From Heteronotia binoei (taxonomy: Eukaryota), in the NCBI RefSeq assembly GCF_032191835.1, contig NC_083234.1:16120001-16184000 (forward strand): a stretch of DNA of 64,000 nucleotides. The letters are read 5' to 3'. The notes beneath the pieces are model-generated. The model did no database searches. It saw only the letters and a program-made list of their open reading frames with translations, and had not been told where the DNA came from. Of the stretch, positions 30,001-40,391 are shown one piece after another. The translations under genes and the position numbers were made by a program. The stretch's first letter is position 1, and each line of letters opens with the position of its first letter.

Positions 30001-33000
30001 AGAACCAATGGGTTGAAATCATAAATGATTTAGAGTTGGGAGTGAGCAGTGAAGTGGCCAAGTTTGCGGATGACACTAAATTGTTCAGAGTGGTGAGAAC
30101 CAGAGAGGATTGTGAGGAACTCCAAAGGGATCTGTTGAGGCTGGGTGAGTGGGCGTCAACGTGGCAGATGCGGTTCAATGTGGCCAAGTGCAAAGTAATG
30201 CACATTGGGGCCAAGAATCCCAGCTACAAATATAAGTTGATGGGGTGTGAACTGGCAGAGACTGACCAAGAGAGAGATCTTGGGGTTGTGGTAGATAACT
30301 CACTGAAAATGTCAAGACAGTGTGCGTTTGCAATAAAAAAGGCCAATGCCATGCTGGGAATTATTAGGAAGGGAATTGAAAACAAATCAGCCAGTATCAT
30401 AATGCCCCTGTATAAATCAATGGTGCGGTCTCATTTGGAATACTGTGTGCAGTTCTGGTCGCCACACCTCAAAAAGGATATTATAGCATTGGAGAAAGTC
30501 CAGAGAAGGGCAACTAGAATGATTAAAGGGCTGGAGCACTTTCCCTATGAAGAAAGGTTGAAACGCTGGGACTCTTTAGCTTGGAGAAACGTCGACTGCG
30601 GGGTGACATGATAGAGGTTTACAAGATAATGCATGGGATGGAGAAAGTAGAGAAAGAGGTACTTTTCTCCCTTTCTCACAATACAAGAACTCGTGGGCAT
30701 TCGATGAAATTGCTAAGCAGACAGGTTAAAACGGATAAAAGGAAGTACTTCTTCACCTAAAGGGTGATTAACATGTGGAATTCACTGCCACAGGAGGTGG
30801 TGGCGGCCACAAGTATAGCCACCTTCAAGAGGGGTTTAGATAAAAATATGGAGCAGAGGTCCATCAATGGCTATTAGCCACAGTGTATGTGTGTATATAA
30901 AATTTTTGGCTACTGTGTGACACAGAGTGTTGGACTGGATGGGCCGTTGGCCTGATCCAACATGGCTTCTCTTATGTTCTTAAATTAAATCAAAAGAGTT
31001 TCCGGCTCAACATTAGGAAGAACTTCCTGACCATTAGAGCAATTCCTCAGTGGAACAGGCTTCCTCTGTGGGAAGTGGTGGGCTCTCCTTCCTTGGAGGT
31101 TTTTAAACAGAGGCTAGATGGTCATCTGACAGCAATGAAGATCCTGTGAATTCAGGGGGAGGTGTTTGTGAGTTTCCTGCATTGTGCAGGGGGTTGGACT
31201 AGATGACTCTAGAGGCCCCTTCCAACTCTATGATTCTATGAAATACAATGTGTAATTTATTCATACAAAGTGTCCCAAGTAAGCTTTGAAATAATGGAAT
31301 AAGGGAATGGTCCTCTTCAGTGATCCCTCTAAGCTGAGTTAGTGTGAGCTAGCTCACAGATTTTTAGCCTCCAGTTCACACATTTTTGTCTTAGCTCAGG
31401 AAGGATGGCCCCAGAGCACACTAATTTATGCAGTAGCTCACAACTTTAATGTCAGTAGTTCACAAAGTAGAATTTTTGTTCACAAGACTGCAGCTTAGAG
31501 GGAGCATTGGTCCTCTTAAAGATTTAGAAACTGGCTAAATGACAGAAAGCAGAGAACAGGAATAAATGGACAGTTCTCACAATGGAGTAAACAGTGGGGA
31601 TCAGTATTAGGACAGATGTTCTTTAATTTGTTCATAAATAATTTGGAACTGGGGGTGAGCAGGGTAGCAAGTTTGTGGGTGACTTAAAAATAGAATCCCT
31701 CTGAAAGTCAGTTGCTGGAAGGGAACCAACAATTAAGGATGGTTCCTGTGGAGAAACATCATTTTAGGCCTGTGCTTGTCTGGGAGTTGGCTAGAGGAGT
31801 CTTAAACTCTAGGCAAGGCTTTGGCCTAGTCTATTCCTCCTCCCTCCTCCCCTCCTGTCTGGGAACAGCAATTCTGCGGAGGCCTCCTAGAGTGACAGGA
31901 AGTCTGTCAGGCTGGTCTCCCAGAATGCTGCAGGTAGGTAGACCAGTTCCTAGGCGGGAACGGGGTTTTATATTAGAGGCTTTTGGAGGGAAACGGGCAG
32001 TTAAAAGTTGTCAGGGGAAGCTGACAGTCAGCTGAGTTTTGATTTAAGTCTTGGTGACTGGTGAGTCGGTTCTGGATGGTAGGGTCAGGGCCAGTTATAT
32101 ATTAGGGAAAGGAGTGTTTATCTCTACTTTCATTTATTACTTCACCCTGTACTTAAAAATGCCTGTAAAAAGTTATAAATTTTAAATAAATATTTTGTCT
32201 GTTTAAAAAGGTCTGTACCACATAGGTTCCCCAACTGCCTTAGACCACACTACTTCAAGTGGGGAGTCCAGGGAAAGGCACACAGTTGGTAAGGTGCCGG
32301 TCCTCCAGGGGTCTCCCAAAGAAGGACTGTGGTCTCTGTGTTAACCAGGTGCTGGGTTGGCAGAGGACCTTGCGGCCACAGAACTGGCAAGGGGGATTGG
32401 GAGTCCAGTTCCTCTCGGTCAGGAACCCCTAAGTTGAACAGGTAGTGGCAGTGTGTCCTAGTGGTGGGAAGAAGATTAGCTCTCTTCAGGAGTTGGCTAC
32501 TCAAAAGGGAGTTGATGGGACCGGGTCTGAAGGCAGAATCAGGCTGGTTCCGTCACAGTTCCTCTTACAGCCTCTGTTGTGGTCTCTCCAGGGGCATCTA
32601 AACGTACATGCATATTGGAAGGGGGATACACTTCCAAGTTCCAGTATATGTGAACAAGACCTTGGAATACGGGTGGACTGAAAGTTAAATATGAGCGGCC
32701 AGTGTGATGCACCAACAAAAAAAGGCTAATGCCATCTTGGGGTCAACAGAGGCATAACATCCAAATCTTAAAATGTCCTAGTCCTGCTTTACACTGCGTT
32801 GGTTAGGCCACATCTGGAGACTTGTGTGCAGTTCTGGACACAATGGCCCCTTCTAGCTGTCTACTGGGGAGAAACAGGATGCCGGACCAGATGAAGCCAG
32901 TTATCATTTGTGCTTTGTGATGTCTTTAAGGTTTCAGAGGCCTTGAGTGCATGCAGATAATGTACTGCTACAATGACTCACTGTTTTTAACTTTTTTGGC

Positions 33001-33651
33001 ACAAACTCTTTGGGGGCTTCCTCTTGCTTCAAAGGCTTCTCATCCTCGTCAGAATCTTCATCTAGCACCTCATCTGCTGCTGTCTTCTTCAGCCCGGCGC
33101 TGATAAAGTTCACAGGAGCGGAATAATCTTTAGACCTGGAGACATTTTAAAGACAACATCCTTCAGAGGCATCCCAGTGAAATCTGCTTTCTGAATTAAG
33201 GCTGGTGGGCAGGTGGGCCTTTAGGGGAGCAGCAGCAGCCTGCCTTTGGGGTCCTGGACAGAGCAGATGTCCATCCTCCATTTATCCCCGGCTGAATGCT
33301 GCAAGCGAGCTCAGAGGCTGGCAACGCGTGATGCAAGCAGCAGCTCAGCGCCTGCGCCCACTGGCTCCCTCCCTCCCTGCAAGGGGGCTGGCGGCTGCTG
33401 GGCTCCCCTCACCGCTTCCCTCCGAAGCTGGGCCGCTGCTCGGGGTCGTCGTCGCCGCCGCCGTCTTCTTCGTCGTCGCCGTCGCCGCGCGGGCGGGCCC
33501 AGAGGCCGTAGAGGGCCTCCTCCTTGGTCTGCCAGCGGCGCTGCCGGTGCGGGTTGAACTCGTTCTGCAGGTCCCACTCGGTGATCTCGAAGCGCTCCAG
33601 CTCCACCTCGTCCTCCTCCTCCGCCGCCCCGTAGAGGTGCGACAGCGACAT
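23670..33651 (-). CDS. TFIP11: TFIP11, tuftelin-interacting protein 11 (G-patch activator of DHX15, intron-lariat spliceosome disassembly). CDS span of 12 exons, 843 aa
   Basis: Begins MSLSHLY, carries the G-patch [29 protein letters not shown] and GCFC region, and ends [14 protein letters not shown]. Exon sum is 2532 nt. Confidence 0.97.
24386..24551 (-). CDS. TFIP11: TFIP11 coding exon 11
   Basis: [23 protein letters not shown]...RAVSSSV. Phase requires the GTGCGT donor. Confidence 0.92.
24659..24801 (-). CDS. TFIP11: TFIP11 coding exon 10
   Basis: [18 protein letters not shown]...FFPKWLQ; AG/GTATGT boundaries. Confidence 0.95.
25303..25546 (-). CDS. TFIP11: TFIP11 coding exon 9
   Basis: [16 protein letters not shown]...KNIVPKL; AG/GTAAGG boundaries. 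Confidence 0.95.
25632..25800 (-). CDS. TFIP11: TFIP11 coding exon 8
   Basis: [12 protein letters not shown]...FPKLQKE; AG/GTAGGA boundaries. Confidence 0.95.
26098..26204 (-). CDS. TFIP11: TFIP11 coding exon 7
   Basis: [20 protein letters not shown]...DAFH(R); AG/GTAAAT boundaries. Confidence 0.95.
26538..27053 (-). CDS. TFIP11: TFIP11 coding exon 6
   Basis: [15 protein letters not shown]...KNWDPLK; aAG acceptor, GTGGGT donor. Confidence 0.95.
27532..27684 (-). CDS. TFIP11: TFIP11 coding exon 5
   Basis: [22 protein letters not shown]...LAQVK; 153 nt. Confidence 0.95.
27811..28456 (-). mobile_element. SINE trimer: one full copy plus two tandem copies of its 5' ~185 bp
   Basis: cagacaccctgtg recurs at 27897, 28090 and 28275; each block ends actacaccaaact. 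Confidence 0.88.
29210..29337 (-). CDS. TFIP11: TFIP11 coding exon 4
   Basis: [23 protein letters not shown]...EEEAEE; 128 nt. Confidence 0.95.
29560..29716 (-). CDS. TFIP11: TFIP11 coding exon 3 (G-patch)
   Basis: [11 protein letters not shown]...[32 protein letters not shown]; 157 nt. Confidence 0.95.
29930..31240 (+). mobile_element. Older CR1 3' fragment (29930-30020 plus 30981-31240) split by a younger CR1
   Basis: ggaccagaaccaatgggttgaaat|...|taaatcaaaagagtt rejoins as in the copy at ~7150. Confidence 0.8.
30021..30980 (+). mobile_element. Young 5'-truncated CR1, antisense within TFIP11 intron 2
   Basis: ORF 30036-30611 ([11 protein letters not shown] motif), a 1-bp deletion near 30568, and a cttatgttctt tail. 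Confidence 0.93.
31318..31509. mobile_element. hAT-type MITE with perfect 8-bp TSD
   Basis: TSD GTCCTCTT at 31310-31317 and 31510-31517; TIR CAGTG.TCCCTCTAAGCTG. Confidence 0.9.
31525..32850 (+). mobile_element. Degenerate CR1 RT fragments (~31525-31700 and ~32600-32850) flanking a solo LTR
   Basis: Decayed matches to [25 protein letters not shown] and ggccacatctggag...gtgcagttctgg. Confidence 0.6.
31747..32557 (+). mobile_element. Solo LTR (811 bp), Gypsy/ERV-type
   Basis: TG...CA ends, exact 5-bp TSD GTTCC (31742-31746 and 32558-32562), internal AATAAA at 32185-32190. Confidence 0.75.
32982..33135 (-). CDS. TFIP11: TFIP11 coding exon 2
   Basis: [17 protein letters not shown]...PKKLKT; 154 nt, AG/GTGAGT boundaries. 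Confidence 0.95.
33413..33651 (-). CDS. TFIP11: TFIP11 coding exon 1
   Basis: MSLSHLYG...[14 protein letters not shown]...RPSFGGK(R); gccATG start, GTGAGG donor. Confidence 0.95.
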
Positions 33652-33761
33652 GGCGCCCCGGCCCTGCCCGGCGAGAAGAGGAGGAGGAGGAGGTCAGCGG
33701 GAATGGCCGCCCCGCGCCATGGCAACCCCGGAGCGCAGCCCGCCCGCCCGCCCGCACCTAC

Positions 33762-33870
33762 CTCGCTCCCGCTGCCCTGCCCTCGGACGCCACGGCGCCT
33801 GCGCAAAGAGCCGCTTCCGGGCCTGGCCGGAAGCGCTCCCCATTGCCGCTCTTCCGCTCCCTCTCGGTGG
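33762..33870 (-). other. TFIP11: Putative non-coding first exon of TFIP11 (98-nt 5' UTR intron at 33664-33761; upstream edge approximate)
   Basis: GAG|GTAGGT donor at 33761, branch-like GCTGAC and a (CCT)n pyrimidine tract with cAG acceptor 12 nt before the ATG. Confidence 0.65.
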
Positions 33871-33989
33871 CCGGCGGGGGAGGGCTCGGGCCGGCCTACC
33901 TGGCAGGGCTGTCGTGGCGGCTGGAGCCCCGCCCCGTGGGCAGGATGCCGGCCCCAGCAGGGAGGGAGGGGAGGGCAGGGCAGGGCAGA
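33780..33989 (-). promoter_or_regulatory. TFIP11 CpG promoter
   Basis: CpG-rich. NRF1-like GCGCCTGCGCA at 33795-33805 and paired ETS sites CTTCCGG (33814-33820) and CCGGAAG (33827-33833). Confidence 0.7.
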
Positions 33990-36900
33990 GAGAGCCAGTT
34001 TGGAGTAGTGGTTAAGTGTGCGGACTCTTATCTGGGAGAACCGGGTTTGAGTCCCCACTCCTCCACTTGCAGCTGCTGGAATGGCCTTGGGTCAGCCAGA
34101 GCTCTCTTATCTGGGAGAACCGGGTTGGATTCCCCACTCCTCCACTTGCACCTGCTGGAATGGCCTTGGGTCAGCCAGAGCTCTCTTATCTGGGAGAACC
34201 GGGTTGGATTCCCCACTCCTCCACTTGCAGCTGCTGGAATGGCCTTGGGTCAGCCAGAACTCTCTTATCTGGGAGAACCGGGTTTGAGTCCCCACTCCTC
34301 CACTTGCAGCTGCTGGCATGGCCTTGGGTCAGCCAGAACTCTCTTATCTGGGAGAACCGGGTTGGATTCCCCCCTCCTCCACTTGCAGCTGCTGGAATGG
34401 CCTGGGGTCAGCCAGAGCTCTCTTATCTGGGAGAACCGGATTGGATTCCCCACTCCTCCACTTGCAGCTGCTGGAATGGCCTCGGGTCAGCCAGAGCTCT
34501 CTTATCTGGGAGAACCGGGTTTGAGTCCCCACTCCTCCACTTGCAGCTGCTGGAATGGCCTTGGGTCAGCCAGACCTCTCTTATCTGGGAGAACCGGGTT
34601 GGATTCCCCCCTCCTCCACTTGCAGCTGCTGGAATGGCCTTGGGTCAGCCAGAACTCTCTTATCTGGGAGAACCGGGTTTGATTCCCCCCTCCTCCACTT
34701 GCAGCTGCTGGAATGGCCTGGGGTCAGCCAGAGCTCTCTTATCTGGGAGAACCGGATTGGATTCCCCACTCCTCCACTTGCAGCTGCTGGAATGGCCTCG
34801 GGTCAGCCAGAGCTCTCTTATCTGGGAGAACCGGGTTGGATTCCCCCCTCCTCCACTTGCAGCTGCTGGAATGGCCTTGGGTCAGCCAGAACTCTCTTAT
34901 CTGGGAGAACCGGGTTTGATTCCCCCCTCCTCCACTTGCAGCTGCTGGAATGGCCTGGGGTCAGCCAGAGCTCTCTTATCTGGGAGAACCGGGTTGGATT
35001 CCCCCCTCCTCCACTTGCAGCTGCTGGAATGGCCTCGGGTCAGCCAGAGCTCTCTTATCTGGGAGAACCGGGTTGGATTCCCCCCTCCTCCACTTGCAGC
35101 TGCTGGAATGGCCTTGGGTCAGCCAGAACTCTCTTATCTGGGAGAACCGGGTTTGATTCCCCCCTCCTCCACTTGCAGCTGCTGGAATGGCCTCGGGTCA
35201 GCCAGAGCTCTCTTATCTGGGAGAACCGGGTTTGATGCCCCACTCCTCCACTTGCAGCTGCTGGAATGTCCTGGGGTCAGCCAGAGCTCTCTTATCTGGG
35301 AGAACCGGATTGGATTCCCCACTCCTCCACTTGCAGCTGCTGGAATGGCCTCGGGTCAGCCAGAGCTCTCTTATCTGGGAGAACCGGGTTGGATTCCCCT
35401 CTCCTCCACTTGCAGCTGCTGGAATGGCCTTTGGTCAGCCAGAGCTCTCTTATCTGGGAGAACCGGGTTTGATTCCCCACTCCTCCACTTGCACCTGCTG
35501 GAATGGCCTTGGGTCAGCCAGAGCTCTCTTATCTGGGAGAACAGGGTTTGATTCCCCACTCCTCCACTTGCAGCTGCTGGAATGGCCTTGGGTCAGCCAG
35601 AGTTCTCTTATCTGGGAGAACCGGGTTTGATTCCCCACTCCTCCACCTGCAGCTGCTGGAATGGCCTTGGGTCAGCCAGAACTCTCTTATCTGGGAGAAC
35701 CGGGTTTGATTCCCCCCTCCTCCACTTGCAGCTGCTGGAATGGCCTGGGGTCAGCCAGAGCTCTCTTATCTGGGAGAACCGGGTTGGATTCCCCCCTCCT
35801 CCACTTGCAGCTGGATGAATGGCCTTGGGTCAGCCAGAGCTCTCTTATCTGGGAGAACCGGGTTTGATTCCCCACTCCTCCATTTGCACCTGCTGGAATG
35901 GCCTTGGGTCAGCCAGAGCTCTCTTATCTGGGAGAACTGGGTTGGATTCCCCTCTCCTCCACTTGCAGCTGCTGGAATGGCCTTGGGTCAGCCAGAGCTC
36001 TCTTATCTGGGAGAACTGGGTTGGATTCCCCTCTCCTCCACTTGCAGCTGCTGGAATGGCCTTGGGTCAGCCATGGCTCTCTTATCTGGGAGAACCGGGT
36101 TGTATTCCCCACTCCTCCACTTGCACGTACTGGAATGGCCTTGGGTCAGCCATGGCTCTCTTATCTTGGAGAACAGGGTTTGATTCCCCACTCTTTCACT
36201 TGCACCTGCTGGAATGGCCTTGTGTCAGCCAGAGTTCTCTTATCTGGGAGAACCGGGTTTGATTCCCCACTCCTCCACTTGCAGCTGCTGGAATGGCCTT
36301 GGGTCAGCCATGGCTCTCTTATCTGGGAGAATCGGGTTGGATTCCCCACTCCTCCACTTGAAACTACTGGAATGGCCTTGCATCAGCCAGAGCTCTCTTA
36401 TCTGGGAGAACCGGGTTTGATTCCCCCCTCCTCCACTTGCAGCTGCTGGAATGGCCATGGGTCAGCCATAGCTCTCTTATTTGGGAGAACCGGTTTTGAT
36501 TCCCCACTCCTTCACTTACAGCTGATGGAATGGCCTTGGGTCAGCCAGAGCTCTCTTATCTGGGAGAACCGGAATTGATTCCCCACTCCTCCACTTGCAG
36601 CTGCTGGAATGGCCTTGGGTCAGCCACAGCTTGATTGGGTTTGATTCCCCAGTCCTCCGCTTGCACCTGCTGGAACAGCCTTGGGTCAGCCAGAGCTCTC
36701 TTATCTGAGAGAACCGGGCCTGATTCCTCCCTCCTCCGCTTGCACCTGCTGGAATGGTCTTGGGTCAGCCAGAGCTCTCTTATCTGGGAGAACCGGGTTT
36801 GATTCCCCCCTCCTCCGCTTGCACCTGCTGGAATGGTCTTGGGTCAGCCACAGCTCTCTTATCTGGGAGAACCGGGTTTGATTCCCCCCTCCTCCGCTTG

Positions 36901-38580
36901 CACCTGCTGGAATGGCCTTGGGTCAGCCACAGCTCTCTTATCTGGGAGAACCGGGTTTGATTCCCCACTCCTCCACTTGCAGCTGCTGGAATGGCCTTGG
37001 GTCAGCCAGAGCTCTCTTATCTGGGAGAACTGGGTTGGATTCCCCTCTCCTCCACTTGCAGCTGCTGGAATGGCCTTGGGTCAGCCATGGCTCTCTTATC
37101 TGGGAGAACCGGGTTGTATTCCCCACTCCTCCACTTGCACGTACTGGAATGGCCTTGGGTCAGCCATGGCTCTCTTATCTTGGAGAACAGGGTTTGATTC
37201 CCCACTCTTTCACTTGCACCTGCTGGAATGGCCTTGTGTCAGCCAGAGTTCTCTTATCTGGGAGAACCGGGTTTGATTCCCCACTCCTCCACTTGCAGCT
37301 GCTGGAATGGCCTTGGGTCAGCCATGGCTCTCTTATCTGGGAGAATCGGGTTGGATTCCCCACTCCTCCACTTGAAACTACTGGAATGGCCTTGCATCAG
37401 CCAGAGCTCTCTTATCTGGGAGAACCGGGTTTGATTCCCCCCTCCTCCACTTGCAGCTGCTGGAATGGCCATGGGTCAGCCATAGCTCTCTTATTTGGGA
37501 GAACCGGTTTTGATTCCCCACTCCTTCACTTACAGCTGATGGAATGGCCTTGGGTCAGCCAGAGCTCTCTTATCTGGGAGAACCGGAATTGATTCCCCAC
37601 TCCTCCACTTGCAGCTGCTGGAATGGCCTTGGGTCAGCCACAGCTTGATTGGGTTTGATTCCCCAGTCCTCCGCTTGCACCTGCTGGAACAGCCTTGGGT
37701 CAGCCAGAGCTCTCTTATCTGAGAGAACCGGGCCTGATTCCTCCCTCCTCCGCTTGCACCTGCTGGAATGGTCTTGGGTCAGCCAGAGCTCTCTTATCTG
37801 GGAGAACCGGGTTTGATTCCCCCCTCCTCCGCTTGCACCTGCTGGAATGGTCTTGGGTCAGCCACAGCTCTCTTATCTGGGAGAACCGGGTTTGATTCCC
37901 CCCTCCTCCGCTTGCACCTGCTGGAATGGCCTTGGGTCAGCCACAGCTCTCTTATCTGGGAGAACCGGGTTTGATTCCCCACTCCTCCACTTGCAGCTGC
38001 TGGAATGGCCTTGGGTCAGCCAGAGCTCTCTTATCTGGGAGAACCGGGTTTGATTCCCCACTCCTCCACTTGCAGCTGCTGGAATGGCCTTGGGTTAGCC
38101 AGAGCTCTCTTATCTGGGAGAACCGGGTTTGATTCCCCCCTCCTCCACTTGCAGCTGCTGGAATGGCCTTGGGTCAGCCAGAGCTCTCTTATCTGGGAGA
38201 ACCGGGTTTGATTCCCCCTTCCTCCGCTTGCACCTGCTGGAAAGGCCTTGGGTCAGCCAGAGCTCTTTTATCTGGGGGGGCCGGGTTTGATTCCCCCCTC
38301 CTCCATATGCACTTGCTGGAAAGGCCTTGGGTCAGCCACAGCTCTCTTATCTGGGAGAACCAGGTTTGATTCCCACTCCTCCTCTTGCACCTGCTAGCAT
38401 GGCCTTGGGTCAGCCATAGCTCTTGTAGGAGTTGTCCTTGGAAGGGCAGCTGCTGTGAGAGGCCTCTCAGCCCCACCCATCTCACAGGGTGCCTGTTGTG
38501 GGGGAGGAAGGTAAACGAGATTGTGAGCCGCTCTGAGACTCTTGAGTGGAAGGCAGAATATAAATCCAATGTCGTCTTCT
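33990..38580 (+). mobile_element. Single tRNA-derived SINE (gecko Squam3-like, unverified) inflated by an internal tandem array
   Basis: 5' head with A-box TGGAGTAGTGG (34001-34011), then the array, then a normal SINE 3' half (~38420-38580) matching intact copies at 59717 and 63056. Confidence 0.9.
34025..38420 (+). repeat. 79-bp SINE-derived minisatellite, about 55 units
   Basis: Unit ctcttatctgggagaaccgggtt(t/g)gattcccc(a/c)ctcctccacttgcagctgctggaatggccttgggtcagccagagct. ORF-track starts recur every 79 bp. Confidence 0.97.
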
Positions 38581-38959
38581 GCTCTCCCCACCCCAGATGC
38601 TGCCCCCTGGTACGGAGTTCCCAGCTCCACCCCCCCCCCCCCCCCGAATCTCTGGAATGGCGTTTCCAGTCCAGAGCTGGTAACCCTCTGAATTGGCTCA
38701 CCTGGCCTCAGTTCTGCCCAGCCACCAACTTTAGCCAGGATCTTCCTGCGCAGGATTAGCTGGGGAAGTGCTTCCGTCCCTCTCTGGGAGGATGCAGAAC
38801 AAGGGGGGGGCAGCAGGGCCCCTTTCCAGCCCTGAGCTCGGAAGAGGGGAGGCAGGGCATGGTGGCCCCAAGGCCTGAGCTCTCCCTCCCCCCCCACTCC
38901 AGTACAAGCCCTAGGCCACAACCCCCCCCCCAAGAGGCCCGCCCAACCAGGGCTGAACC

Positions 38960-39441
38960 TAGGGTTGCCAATCCCCAGGTGGGGACAGGGGATTCCCCGG
39001 TTTGGAGCCGCCCCCCCCCCCCCGCTTCAGGGTCATCAGAAACCCGGGGGGGGGGGATGTCTGCCGGGCACTCCATGATTCCCTACGGAATCCAATTCCC
39101 ATGGCATAGGGTATAATGGAGAATTGATGCTTGGGTATCTGGAGGAACTGTTTTTTGAAATAGAGGCACCAAACTTTCAGCATAGCATCCCGTGCCTCTC
39201 CTCAAAACACCCTCCAAGTTTCAAAAGAATTGGACCCAGGGCCCAATTCTATGAGCCCCCAAAGACGGTGCCCCCATCCTTCATTATTTCCAAGGGAGGG
39301 AAGGCATTGAAAAGGTGTGCCGTCCCTTTAAAAGTGATGGCCAGAGCTCCCTTTGGAGTTCAGTTATGCTTGTCACACCCTTGCTCCTGGCTCCACCCCC
39401 AAAGTCCCCAGATATTTCTTGAATTGGACTTGACAACCCTA
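38960..39441. mobile_element. Non-autonomous hAT element (TAGGGTTGCCAA TIR)
   Basis: TIRs TAGGGTTGCCAA/TTGACAACCCTA; TSD gctgaacc/gctgaccc (7 of 8). Confidence 0.85.
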
Positions 39442-40104
39442 GCTGACCCGAGGCCAAACTTGGAACCTGGCCGGTTGGGCCTCCTCAGATCAGCCTGAGC
39501 AGCAGCAGCAGGAGGTGGGCAGGCTGGTCCCAGAGCAGGATCCATCCCCTCCCTTTCAGGGGAGCTCCAGCCCAAAGCCCTGCTGCTGCTCCTTCGGAGC
39601 TTCACTTGTGGGGCCACAGTGGGTCGGGCTCCTTTCAACCAGAGCAAAGCAAAAACCCTCCCTGGTCTGCCTGACTGACTGAGGTGGGAGATGGCAGGGT
39701 AGCTGCGAGCAGAGCCTCCCCTTGGTGCGAAACCCCTGCCAGGAGCCCATACAGGGGAGCAGCTGGGTTGCTTGCCAGATTCGGGGTGGTTAGGGGTGTC
39801 AGGCTAGGAAGTTCAAATTTGGATCTCTACCTTGCCTGGGAAGCATGCTGGGTCACCTTTGGACAGTCACAAACTTGCAGCCTAACCGTATCCTCGCAGA
39901 GTAGGTTAAAATGGAGAACGATGAAAGCTGCTTTGGATCCTCTCCCCAGCCCCAGGAGAAAGGCGGCGTATAAATGAAGTAAAGAAATCATTCAGCATCA
40001 ACACGATGAGCAGGGAGGGGCTGCGTGTGGTGCATGGACAAGGCCTATGGGGGCTGCAGATTTCACAGCAGAGAACATCCCTCCCACCCCTGTGAAGATA
40101 TAGC

Positions 40105-40265
40105 TATAGTATCCAAATACTTGAAGCTGCCTTCTACTGAAGCAGGCCCTTGGTCCATCCAGGTCAGTACTGTCTGCTCTCCAAGGTCTTAGGCAGATGG
40201 AAGTCTTTCACATCACTTGCTGCACCTCTTTCAACTGGAGATGCCGGGGACTGAACCTGGGAACG
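40105..40265 (-). mobile_element. Fragment of a second tRNA-derived SINE family
   Basis: ctggagatgccggggactgaacctggg is the reverse complement of a B-box-containing tRNA-like head. Confidence 0.6.
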
Positions 40266-40309
40266 TTAGTCATCATTATGTCAAATAAAGCCAGGCAAGA
40301 TGTGAAGGG

Positions 40310-40391
40310 AGAGAGCCTCATATATTAATTTTTATTTTCTTTTTTGTAAATTACAAATAAAAGTGACGGGCAGCAAGTTTCAGATTGTCAC
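40310..40391 (-). other. TPST2: TPST2 terminal non-coding exon with AATAAA at 40336-40331 (3' end approximate)
   Basis: cttttgtcttacAG acceptor, AU-rich sequence and poly(A) signal, downstream of the donor at 41251. Confidence 0.7.

Noticed and set aside
30036-30611. CR1 and L2 ORFs as functional or domesticated genes (also 16250, 52122, 56509, 61760)
   Set aside because: All are 5'-truncated ORF2 ends lacking the endonuclease and most of the RT; the 30021 copy has a frameshift and a stop.
33465-33620. Acidic/Gly insertion in TFIP11 exon 1 and the short Q/E run in SRRD exon 1 as novel domains
   Set aside because: Short trinucleotide-like low-complexity expansions in disordered N-termini; these are common and uninformative.
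33990-34060. tRNA genes at SINE heads (also 50025, 59717, 63056)
   Set aside because: A- and B-box-like motifs are present, but there is no complete cloverleaf or acceptor stem, and each continues into a SINE body.
34016-36578. 511-aa, 279-aa, 226-aa and many 62-68-aa ORFs
   Set aside because: They are translations of the 79-bp array. Length depends only on whether units read GTTTGA (stop) or GTTGGA, and the peptide cycles through three frames with no protein-family signal.
34025-38420. CRISPR-like appearance of the 79-, 67-, 104- and 134-bp arrays
   Set aside because: There are no unique spacers and no cas genes, the context is eukaryotic, and the units align to SINE or CR1 sequence.
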